Counted from the first letter of the stretch, positions 1-7,494 are shown. The stretch is 13,325 bases of DNA from Acidobacteriota bacterium (GCA_036507075.1 DASXQR010000184.1:1-13325); one strand, 5' to 3'. Numbers and translations: made by a program. The notes: generated from the sequence alone by a model not told the origin.

Positions 1-4
1 AGTC

Positions 5-112
5 GCATTCCTTCACCGCAGAGGCGCAGAGAACGCAGCGGTTGCGCAGAGACGTGCAAACGAAACTCTGCGCATTCTCTGCGTCCTCTGCGCCTCTGCG
101 GTGAAGGAATGC
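5..112. repeat. Long inverted repeat built from CGCAGAG-type tandem units
   Basis: 5-31 GCATTCCTTCACCGCAGAGGCGCAGAG is the perfect 27-bp reverse complement of 86-112. Pairing continues with a few mismatches to 51/66, leaving a 14-nt loop. Confidence 0.95.
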
Positions 113-213
113 AGGTGCCAGACAAAACTTTGTTAGAAAAAGCGAGAAGTCGCCAACTGGTAACACAAAGGACACAAAGTCAGGGGATTTCGGCGGCGCC
201 GCCCCCAATTTCA

Positions 214-230
214 TTGACCGCTCAGGTCAC
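214..230. promoter_or_regulatory. Candidate operator palindrome TGACC-N5-GGTCA upstream of preA
   Basis: TTGACCGCTCAGGTCAC lies about 77 bp upstream of the preA ATG. It resembles the RutR/PydR box TTGACCAnnTGGTCAA but has a 1-bp longer spacer. TTGACC also looks like a -35 hexamer. Confidence 0.3.
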
Positions 231-306
231 CAAGTGGTTAAATTCATATAAACGCTTCGCTTGCGCCCTGAGCGTCTCTCACGGCCGCCTGCCTCAAAGG
301 AGAAGT

Positions 307-1419
307 ATGAGCCTGGATGTTTCAGTAACTTTTTGCGGTATTAAGTTTGACAATCCGTTTCTTCTGTCATCGGCCCCGCCCACCGAGTCGGACAGCAATA
401 TCATGCGCGCCTTTGATGCCGGCTGGGGCGGTGTAGTCACCAAGACCATCGGATTGCACCCGGTGGTGAACGTATACGGACCGAAAACCAAATTCTTGAG
501 AGCCACTCCCGGAACAACGGAGCTTTCCATGAGGAAGCGACTCGGGGCCGTGCTGCACTCATCGTGGAACTGGGAGCTGATCTCGGACAAGGCCCTGGAC
601 TGGTGGGTTCCTCGAATCCACAAGATCAAGAAAAACTATCCCAACAAAATCCTGATCGCCTCCATCATGGCCGGATCCGGTAACGACAAGGAACTGGCAC
701 ACTGGCAGACGCTGGCCAAGGCATGCCAGGAGGAAGGCGCCGACGGATTCGAGCTGAATTTTTCCTGCCCCCACATGGACCGCGAAGACATGGGATCCAA
801 TATCGGGAAGAGTCAGGAACTCTGCTCGGTGGTGACAAAGGCGGTCAAAGAGGTCGCCAAGGTCCCGGTCTGGGCAAAGCTCACCCCTTCCACCACCGAT
901 ATCGTCGCGGAAGCCGGCGCGGCATTTCGCGGACGCGCCGACGCGATTTCGTCTTCCAATACTTTCCCCTCACTGCCGCTGGTTGATCCGGAGACGCTGG
1001 AATTCGAAATGAATGTGGATGGATTCGTCTCCAGTGGCGGCCTGGGCGGACCGGCCATCCTGCCGTTGTCGCTGGCCAAGATGGCACAGCTCACGCAGGC
1101 TTTCCCGGACAAGAACTTCTCGGGCATCGGAGGGATCTCTGAGTTCTCGCATGCGTTGAATTACTTTCTACTTGGATGCGGAACGGTTCAGATTTGCACG
1201 GCCGCCATGCTGGACCATGCCATCGGGCCCAACGTCATCAAGACGCTCATCCAGGGGATGCATGATTTTCTGGAGCGGAATGCCCATCGCGGCTGGGAGC
1301 GCCTGGAAGATTTTCGCGGGCTGATGCGAGACCGGATTGTGGCCCAGTCGCAGATCCGCCGGCCCGACGATGCAGACTACCATGGCGGTCATGACGTGGC
1401 CGAAGGCTACGCAAGTTAA
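307..1419 (+). CDS. preA: Dihydropyrimidine dehydrogenase FMN/pyrimidine-binding subunit (PreA/PydA-like), 370 aa, no C-terminal ferredoxin domain
   Basis: Motifs NPFLLSSAPPT, RAFDAGWGGVVTKT, NWELISD, ELNFSCPH (catalytic Cys), VPVWAKLTP, SGIGGI and VQICTAAM. Start placed at ATG 307, which follows an AAGGAG Shine-Dalgarno at 297-302, rather than ORF-track start 109. Confidence 0.9.
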   Translation: MSLDVSVTFCGIKFDNPFLLSSAPPTESDSNIMRAFDAGWGGVVTKTIGLHPVVNVYGPKTKFLRATPGTTELSMRKRLGAVLHSSWNWELISDKALDWWVPRIHKIKKNYPNKILIASIMAGSGNDKELAHWQTLAKACQEEGADGFELNFSCPHMDREDMGSNIGKSQELCSVVTKAVKEVAKVPVWAKLTPSTTDIVAEAGAAFRGRADAISSSNTFPSLPLVDPETLEFEMNVDGFVSSGGLGGPAILPLSLAKMAQLTQAFPDKNFSGIGGISEFSHALNYFLLGCGTVQICTAAMLDHAIGPNVIKTLIQGMHDFLERNAHRGWERLEDFRGLMRDRIVAQSQIRRPDDADYHGGHDVAEGYAS

Positions 1420-1429
1420 ACCCAGATCC

Positions 1430-1636
1430 GAGCCGCGCGCGTAAGCAAGCGGACCCTCCGCGGGGATTTGCCACGAAGACACGAAGAACCGCTATTCATT
1501 TTTGAAGTAACACTTCTCATGAATCAATCCAGGTTGTCGGAGAAGTGGCACTTCTAACTCAATCGTTGTCCTTCGTGTCTTCGTGCCTTCGTGGCAAACT
1601 ACCAGCGGAGGGTCCGCTTGCTTACGCGCGCGGCTC
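1430..1636. repeat. Nested composite inverted repeat (REP-like outer pair plus CACGAAG tandem inner pair) between convergent genes; probable bidirectional terminator or 3'-end structure
   Basis: The outer 32-bp arms 1430-1461 (GAGCCGCGCGCGTAAGCAAGCGGACCCTCCGC) and 1605-1636 are perfect reverse complements. The inner arms are 1467-1486 (TTTGCCACGAAGACACGAAG) and 1571-1598. The terminator role is inferred from position. Confidence 0.92.
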
Positions 1637-1658
1637 CGTTGATTCTGCTGTATCGACT

Positions 1659-2984
1659 TTATCCGACCCTCATTGCCTGAAACGACTCGCGCAGAATTTT
1701 AAGGCCTTCTTCAATTTCACCGGCGGTGATGTTCAGCGCCGGCGCGATACGCAGGACGTTTCCGTAGAGCCCTCCTTTTCCGATCAGCAACCCGCGTTTC
1801 TTTGTCTCCTCCATCAATTGCAGCGCCTTATTGGACGCGGGGGTGCGGTCGCCCGTTGTTTCATCCTCGACCAGCTCGATGGCCTGCATCAGGCCCATGC
1901 CCCGGACCTCCCCGATGGTTTTTGGACAACGCTTTTGAATTTCCTCCAGTCCCGCCCGAAGCATGTTTCCCATTCGGTCCGCATTGGCAGGAAGATTTTC
2001 CCTTTCAATCACTTCCAGGGTGGCGGCGGCGGCGGCGGTCGAAATCGGATTTCCTCCGAAGGTGGAGAGCGACAGATGTTTGAGCGAATCGGCCACAACG
2101 GGTGTCGCAATGGTGGCTCCCAGCGGCAGCCCGTTGGCGATCCCTTTGGCCATTGTAATGACGTCGGGCTGCACCCCCCAGTGCTCGATGCCGAACATTT
2201 TCCTGCCGGTGCGTCCCAAGCCTGTCTGCACCTCATCGCAGATAAAGATGCCGCCATACTTTCGAACAATTCCCACCGCGATTTCGAAATACTCCGGCGG
2301 CGGCGTGATAAATCCGCCCACTCCTTGAATCGGCTCCGCCAGAAAACCGGCGACCTGTCCCGTGGTGGTGGTTTGGATCAGCTCTTCGATATCTCTGGCG
2401 CACTGCACGCCGCAGGATTCCGGCTGCAGCTTCAACGGACAGCGGTAACAGTAGGGCGCGAGCGCGTGTTTGATTCCGGGGATCTGCGATGAAAGGGGGC
2501 GCCAGGACGCGTGAGCCGTGAGCGACTGCCCGAGCATCGAGCGTCCCGAGTAAGCATGCCTCAGCGCGATAATTTCCTGGTTACCCGTGGCAACCTGCGC
2601 CAGCATGACACCCGTCTCGTCAGCCTCGGTTCCCGACGTGGTGAAAAATACTTTCCGCAGATTGCCGGGCGTGATGCGGGCCAGGGTTTCGGCCAGCTTC
2701 ACGATTCCGATGGTGGGATAAAGCGTGGAAACATGCCCCAGACGCTCAATTTGCGTCCGGATGGCGGCGTTGACGTGTTCATTGGCGTGGCCGACGGAGA
2801 TGGTGAGAATGCCGCCAAAAAAATCGAGGTAAGTCTTTCCGTCCAGGTCGGTAAGCCTGTTTCCCTTTGCCTGCACCGGGACGATCGGCTCGCTGTAATA
2901 ATTGATCGTGGAGAAAAGGAATTCACCATGTTTGCGCCGCACTGCCTGTGAATCGAGGGCCTTGTCTTTTTCAAAGATTTTCAT
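1659..2984 (-). CDS. Class III PLP-dependent aminotransferase, probable beta-alanine/beta-aminoisobutyrate aminotransferase (AGXT2/PYD4/PydD-like)
   Basis: Motifs YLDFFGGILT, SGTEADE, AEPIQGVGG, DEVQTGLGRTG, MAKG (PLP lysine) and STFGGNP. Substrate is inferred from the cluster. Start placed at ATG 2984 (alternative 3011) because ORF-track start 3065 lies inside a hairpin repeat. Confidence 0.88.
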   Translation of the reverse strand: MKIFEKDKALDSQAVRRKHGEFLFSTINYYSEPIVPVQAKGNRLTDLDGKTYLDFFGGILTISVGHANEHVNAAIRTQIERLGHVSTLYPTIGIVKLAETLARITPGNLRKVFFTTSGTEADETGVMLAQVATGNQEIIALRHAYSGRSMLGQSLTAHASWRPLSSQIPGIKHALAPYCYRCPLKLQPESCGVQCARDIEELIQTTTTGQVAGFLAEPIQGVGGFITPPPEYFEIAVGIVRKYGGIFICDEVQTGLGRTGRKMFGIEHWGVQPDVITMAKGIANGLPLGATIATPVVADSLKHLSLSTFGGNPISTAAAAATLEVIERENLPANADRMGNMLRAGLEEIQKRCPKTIGEVRGMGLMQAIELVEDETTGDRTPASNKALQLMEETKKRGLLIGKGGLYGNVLRIAPALNITAGEIEEGLKILRESFQAMRVG

Positions 2985-3025
2985 GAAATTATCCAATCGA
3001 GATGACTGCATTGCTAAAATCGGCG

Positions 3026-3076
3026 GGCTTGGTGCCTTGGTGGTAAAAAAAGAATGAACCACCAAGGCACCAAGCC
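3026..3076. repeat. 51-bp hairpin element (CACCAAG family), copy 1
   Basis: GGCTTGGTGCCTTGGTGGT (3026-3044) and ACCACCAAGGCACCAAGCC (3058-3076) form a perfect 19-bp stem with a 13-nt A-rich loop. Confidence 0.95.
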
Positions 3077-3110
3077 AGACCCTTAAAGCCGGCCGTTATC
3101 CCTGGCCTGA

Positions 3111-4496
3111 TCAACTGCGCGCGCTGCGTTTGAGAAAGTTTCCCCGCCCCGGTCTTCCCATGAACTTGCCGGAATCCACTACCAGCTCACCGCGGGAAAA
3201 CACGATTTCCGTTGTTCCGCGGACCTTCCGGCCTTCATATGGATTGTAGTCAACCCGCATGTGCAGGTCCTTTTGTCGCAGTACGGTTTCTTTTTGCGGA
3301 TCAAATATCACAATGTCGGCGTCAGACCCGGGGGCAATGGTGCCTTTTCGCGGAAACAGGCCGAAAATCTTGGCCGGGCCGGTCGCCGTCAGATCCACAA
3401 AGCGATTCAGCGAGACGCGCCCGGCTCCCACGCCGCCGTCGAAGACCAGACTCATGCGCGTCTCGATTCCGGGAGCGCCGTTGGGAATCTTTGAGAAGTC
3501 ATTTCGACCCAGCTCTTTTTGCTCTTTCATACAGAAGGGACAGTGGTCTGTGGAAATCGCCTGCAGGTCATTGAAGGCCAGTCCGCGCCAAAGTTTCTCC
3601 TGGGTCTCTTTGGAACGCAGCGGAGGACTCATGACGTATTTCGCGCCGTTGAATCCCTCCTCTTCATAATTGTCATACGAGAGAAACAGATACTGAGGGC
3701 AGGTTTCTGCGTAGGCCGGAAGTCCACGGTCGCGCGCCTCGGTCACCATTTCAAGGGCCTCCGCAGCCGAAAGGTGAACGATGTAGACTGGAACTCCGGC
3801 TATTTCAGACAGCGCTATAGCGCGATGTGTTGCCTCAGCCTCGGCCCGTGCCGGTCGGGTCAAGGCGTGGTATTTGGGCGCCGTCTTCCCTTCGGCCAGC
3901 GCCTTCTGTACCAGCACATCGATCGCTCCTCCATTTTCGGCATGCATGCAGATGGTGCCCCCGTTGTCGCCGGTGCGAAGCAGCGCGCGGAATATGGAAG
4001 CGTCATCGAGCATGAAGACTCCCGGGTATGCCATGAAGAGCTTGAAGGACGTCACGCCCTCGCGCACCATCTCGTCCATTTCCTTCTCCACGGAGGGGTT
4101 CAGATCGGTAATGATCATGTGAAAGCCGTAGTCGATCACCGCCTTCCCTTCCGCTTTCTTCATCCAGGCTTCGTATGCCTGTCGCAAGGTTTGTCCCTTG
4201 TACTGAATGGCAAAGTCGACAACGCAGGTGGTGCCTCCATGAGCGGCGGCTGTCGTGCCGGTCAGAAAATCATCTGTCGACATAGTGCCCCCAAAAGGCA
4301 TGTCGAGATGGGTGTGAACATCGATGCCGCCGGGAAGCACGCATTTTCCTTCAGCGTCAATGGTCTTGTCCGCCTTGAAGGCCGCGGGATCCAGCCTTTG
4401 CCCAATGATTGAAATCTTCTCGCCTTCGATCAGAAGATCACCCCGATATTGATCTGTGGCCGTAACGATGGTTCCGTTTTGAATCAGTGTTTTCAT
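3111..4496 (-). CDS. hydA: Dihydropyrimidinase / D-hydantoinase (PydB)
   Basis: Amidohydrolase motifs PGGIDVHTH, TSFKLFMAY (carboxylated Lys), MHAEN, YIVHLS, AETCPQYL, STDHCPF and KIPNGAPGIE; 461 aa. Confidence 0.95.
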   Translation of the reverse strand: MKTLIQNGTIVTATDQYRGDLLIEGEKISIIGQRLDPAAFKADKTIDAEGKCVLPGGIDVHTHLDMPFGGTMSTDDFLTGTTAAAHGGTTCVVDFAIQYKGQTLRQAYEAWMKKAEGKAVIDYGFHMIITDLNPSVEKEMDEMVREGVTSFKLFMAYPGVFMLDDASIFRALLRTGDNGGTICMHAENGGAIDVLVQKALAEGKTAPKYHALTRPARAEAEATHRAIALSEIAGVPVYIVHLSAAEALEMVTEARDRGLPAYAETCPQYLFLSYDNYEEEGFNGAKYVMSPPLRSKETQEKLWRGLAFNDLQAISTDHCPFCMKEQKELGRNDFSKIPNGAPGIETRMSLVFDGGVGAGRVSLNRFVDLTATGPAKIFGLFPRKGTIAPGSDADIVIFDPQKETVLRQKDLHMRVDYNPYEGRKVRGTTEIVFSRGELVVDSGKFMGRPGRGNFLKRSARS

Positions 4497-4564
4497 TAGC
4501 CGAATATTGGAAAAGATTCACCTGGACGATGCATTGCGGCACATCAGCCGCAACGAACCACAAA

Positions 4565-4741
4565 AATGCGGATTTCGGAATGCCGAATGCGGAATAACAG
4601 ACGACTTACGTCGGACCAACAAATTTTGGTCACCTGCATTCCACATTGTTCATCCACATTCCACATTCCACATTCCGCATTCCGCATTCCGCGTTCCGCG
4701 TTCCGCGTTCCGCGTTCCGCATTCCGCATTCCGCATTCCGC
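4565..4741. repeat. Facing heptamer tandem arrays (AATGCGG / CCRCRTT)
   Basis: 4565-4595 has four degenerate AATGCGG units. 4654-4741 is 3xCCACATT, 2xCCGCATT, 4xCCGCGTT, 3xCCGCATT and CCGC, ending flush against the pydC stop codon. Confidence 0.95.
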
Positions 4742-5608
4742 TTAGATTGCGACCATTCCCGAGTAAGTTTCGGGGCGCCGATCGCGGTAAAACTGCCATA
4801 CCCGCCGGACTTCTTCGATCATATCCAGATCCATCTCGGCTGCCACCAGTTCGTCCTTGTCCTCGGAGCCGACAGCCAGGAAGTTTCCCCGCGGATCAAC
4901 AAAGTAACTGCTGCCGTAAAATTTTCCAATGTTCCACGGGGCTTCCGTACCCACGCGGTTGCTGCATCCCATGAAATAACCGTTGGCTACGGCGTGCGCC
5001 GGTTGCTCCAATTTCCAAAGATACTGCGACAGGCCCGCCACTGTAGCCGACGGATTAAACACTATTTCCGCGCCGTTCAAGCCCAGCAGGCGCGCGCCTT
5101 CCGGGAAATGTCGGTCATAGCAGATGTAGACGCCGACCTTCGCGTAGCGCGTCTGAAAGACGGGATAACCAAGATTGCCTGGTCTGAAAAAGAATTTCTC
5201 CCAAAATCCGGAAGTGTGCGGAATATGGTTCTTGCGATACTTCCCCAGATATTTTCCATCGGCATCGTAAACGGCGGCGCTGTTGTAAAAGATCCCGGCC
5301 TGTTCACGCTCGAAGATCGGGACCACGACCGCCATCTGAAATTTCCTGGCCACGGTGGCGATGGCATTCGTGGTCGGGCCCGGTACTTCTTCGGCCGCGT
5401 CATACCATCGCGAATCCTGTGACGGGCAGAAGTACGGGCCGTTGAAAATCTCCTGAAGACAGAGAATCTGAACCCCGCGCTTGCCCGCTTCCTCGATCAT
5501 CGGCACATGCTTGTCCAACATCGCCTTTTTAATCGACTCGATGGAAGCGCCCGGATCGTTGACCGGGTTGCTCATTTGGATCAAACCACCGGTTACTTTT
5601 CTTGGCAT
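4742..5608 (-). CDS. pydC: Beta-ureidopropionase (nitrilase-superfamily carbon-nitrogen hydrolase)
   Basis: Nitrilase triad E (CLQEIF), K (YRKNHIP) and C (ICYDRHFPE), plus FWEKFFFRPGNLGYPVF and WQFYRDRRPE. GGAG Shine-Dalgarno at 5615-5618 on the minus strand. Adjacent to dihydropyrimidinase. Confidence 0.9.
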   Translation of the reverse strand: MPRKVTGGLIQMSNPVNDPGASIESIKKAMLDKHVPMIEEAGKRGVQILCLQEIFNGPYFCPSQDSRWYDAAEEVPGPTTNAIATVARKFQMAVVVPIFEREQAGIFYNSAAVYDADGKYLGKYRKNHIPHTSGFWEKFFFRPGNLGYPVFQTRYAKVGVYICYDRHFPEGARLLGLNGAEIVFNPSATVAGLSQYLWKLEQPAHAVANGYFMGCSNRVGTEAPWNIGKFYGSSYFVDPRGNFLAVGSEDKDELVAAEMDLDMIEEVRRVWQFYRDRRPETYSGMVAI

Positions 5609-5621
5609 GAATTACTCCAAT

Positions 5622-5797
5622 GTGGTCAGTGGTCCGTGGTCAGTGGTCCGTGGTCAGTGGTCAGTGGTCAGTGGTCAGTGGTTGGTTGGTCGTTAGGCGA
5701 TCGGTTGATTAGAGCGACACCCTCGACGGCGAAACAAAGCGCACAGCTCCCCCACGACTCACAACGGACCACTGACAACGGACCACTGACAACGGAC
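5622..5797. repeat. Facing heptamer tandem arrays (GTGGTCA/C and ACAACGG-ACCACTG)
   Basis: 5622-5677 has eight consecutive GTGGTC(A/C) units. 5761-5797 is (ACAACGG ACCACTG)x2 plus ACAACGG AC, the reverse-complement-type arm. Confidence 0.95.
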
Positions 5798-5802
5798 GCG
5801 AA

Positions 5803-7305
5803 TCAGAACCATCGGCTTATCGTGACCTTCTTTTCAGTGTAAAAATCGACTCCGTCGCGTCCGTGGGCCTTCAGGTCGCCGAAGAAAGAATCTTTCGAGC
5901 CGCCGAAGGGAAAGAAGGCCATTGGCGCAGCCACTCCGATATTGACGCCTACCATGGCTGCGGGGGCGTGATAACGAAACTGGCGCGCCACTTTTCCGCT
6001 GGAGGTAAAGATGGAAATCGCATTGGCATTGGGATGCGAATGCGCCAGCGCAATCGCTTCGTCCAGATCCTGCACATTTGTCACCGCTGCGACCGGGCCG
6101 AAGATTTCCTCGCGTCCCACTTTCATTTCCGGACGCACGCCATCGAAAACAGTGGGCCCCACAAAGTAGCCGTTTGGACGATCGGGAACCTCGACCTGGC
6201 GTCCATCCAGAACCAGGCGTGCTTTCTCCTGCAAGCCTGCCTCGATGTAACCGAGAACCCGCTCCTGATGGGCCCTGCTGATGACGGGCCCCATCTTCGT
6301 TTCGGGCTCGAGTCCGTCGCCCACGCGAATGGATCTGGCCGCATCGACAAAACGCTCCAGGATTTCGCCATGCTTTTTCCCCACTGTCACCACTACGCTT
6401 CCTGCCAGGCATCGCTGGCCGGAACAGCCGTAAATGGATTCGCTGACGACGGGCAGGGACCTATCCAGATCCGCGTCGGGCATTACGATGATGAAATTCT
6501 TCGCGCCGCCCAGCGCCTGAACGCGCTTGCCCTCTGCGGCAGCCATTTGATACACGCGCCTCGCCACCGGCGTGGATCCAACAAAGGAAACGCCGCGGAT
6601 ATCGGGATGCCTGCAAAGGCTTTCCACCACTTCCTTTGCGCCATTGACCAGATTCACCACTCCGGCAGGCATGCCCGCCTGGTGAAGGAACTCAAAGATG
6701 CGGCGCTGGGAAAGAGGCACCTGCTCGGACGGTTTTACGATAAAGGTATTGCCGGTCGCCACCGCAAAGGGCAGGAACCAGAGCGGGACCATCGCCGGGA
6801 AATTGAAAGGAGCGATTGCGGCAAACACTCCGATCGGCTGGCGCACCATCTCGCAATCAATACCGGAGGCGATGTCCTCCAGGCCGTAGCCCATCATCAG
6901 CGAGGGCATGCCGCAGGCGACCTCCACGCATTCAATTCCACGACGCACGCTGCCACGCGCTTCATCCAGCGTCTTACCGTGTTCCGTGGTAACGATCCGC
7001 GCCAGCTCGTCAAAGTGCTGTTCCAGGAGATCTTTGAAACGGAACATGTATCGTGCCCGCTCCACTACAGGCATCGCTCTCCACTTCGGAAAAGCCTGGC
7101 GGGCGGCTCGGATAGCTTCATCCACGTCTTCTCGCCTCGACAGCGGGACGCGCGCAATCACTTCACCGCGGGCCGGGTTTATCACGTCCTTGCAGTCGCC
7201 GCCGGAAGATGAGACCCATCGACCTCCGATATAGTTCTGCAGGTTTGCAAGTGCGGGACGAATCGCCTCGGCCGTGCTTGGTTTTCCATTCAAAGTCTTA
7301 GACAT
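5803..7305 (-). CDS. mmsA: CoA-acylating (methyl)malonate-semialdehyde dehydrogenase
   Basis: Motifs PFNFPAMVPLW, KPSEQVP, SFVGSTPVA, RVQALGGAKN, GQRCLA (catalytic Cys), EEIFGPV and FFPFGGSKDSFFGD. Start placed at ATG 7305 with GGAG 5 nt upstream. Confidence 0.93.
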   Translation of the reverse strand: MSKTLNGKPSTAEAIRPALANLQNYIGGRWVSSSGGDCKDVINPARGEVIARVPLSRREDVDEAIRAARQAFPKWRAMPVVERARYMFRFKDLLEQHFDELARIVTTEHGKTLDEARGSVRRGIECVEVACGMPSLMMGYGLEDIASGIDCEMVRQPIGVFAAIAPFNFPAMVPLWFLPFAVATGNTFIVKPSEQVPLSQRRIFEFLHQAGMPAGVVNLVNGAKEVVESLCRHPDIRGVSFVGSTPVARRVYQMAAAEGKRVQALGGAKNFIIVMPDADLDRSLPVVSESIYGCSGQRCLAGSVVVTVGKKHGEILERFVDAARSIRVGDGLEPETKMGPVISRAHQERVLGYIEAGLQEKARLVLDGRQVEVPDRPNGYFVGPTVFDGVRPEMKVGREEIFGPVAAVTNVQDLDEAIALAHSHPNANAISIFTSSGKVARQFRYHAPAAMVGVNIGVAAPMAFFPFGGSKDSFFGDLKAHGRDGVDFYTEKKVTISRWF

Positions 7306-7353
7306 GGCCACTCCGTAGTATGATTCTCGATCTTTACGCGTTATCAGGGGCCG

Positions 7354-7382
7354 ATTATACGCCAAACGCGCTAACGTGGCGA
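7354..7382 (-). promoter_or_regulatory. Putative sigma70 promoter of the mmsA-pydC-hydA-aminotransferase operon
   Basis: On the minus strand: TCGCCA (7382-7377, 4/6 match to TTGACA), a 17-nt spacer, and a perfect TATAAT (7359-7354), about 50 nt upstream of the mmsA start. Confidence 0.55.
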
Positions 7383-7405
7383 CGCGGCACGCCGCATCAG
7401 AGTCA

Positions 7406-7471
7406 GGCCGCGACAGGTCGCGGCCACGCAGGGAGCAACTGGCGGCAACGGAGCCGCGACATGTCGCGGCC
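7406..7471. repeat. Pair of GCCGCGACAKGTCGCGGCC palindromes
   Basis: 7407-7425 and 7453-7471 are 18/19 identical at a 46-bp period. 7453-7470 is a perfect 18-bp palindrome. Confidence 0.85.
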
Positions 7472-7494
7472 CTGGAGTTTGGACATTTTTGGAA

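Noticed and set aside
109..306. 66-aa N-terminal extension of the PreA ORF
   Set aside because: It starts inside the inverted repeat and shows no family similarity. A good Shine-Dalgarno precedes ATG 307, where recognisable PreA sequence begins.
1545..2492. 315-aa plus-strand ORF
   Set aside because: It is antisense to the aminotransferase, begins in repeat DNA and has no recognisable motifs.
3519..4412. 297-aa plus-strand ORF
   Set aside because: It is an antisense shadow of hydA, typical of GC-rich coding DNA.
5622..5677. TGGTCA in the heptamer array matches a RutR half-site
   Set aside because: These are direct repeats at a 7-bp period inside an operon, not a palindromic operator, so the match is probably coincidental.
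4507..5842. ORFs with FRIPHSA / RNAERG / WSVVSGQ peptide repeats (4507-4974, 4544-4729, 4646-5422, 5481-5696, 5507-5842)
   Set aside because: These are translations of stop-free heptamer arrays, mostly overlapping real genes on the other strand.
5863..7212. 449-aa plus-strand ORF
   Set aside because: It is entirely antisense to mmsA. Long antisense frames are common opposite aldehyde dehydrogenase genes in GC-rich genomes.
7406..7471. Possible mini-CRISPR array (two palindromic repeats, with CAACGGAGCCGCG reminiscent of some CRISPR repeat ends)
   Set aside because: There are only two 19-bp copies at a 46-bp period, which is too short, with dissimilar flanks and no cas genes in the window.
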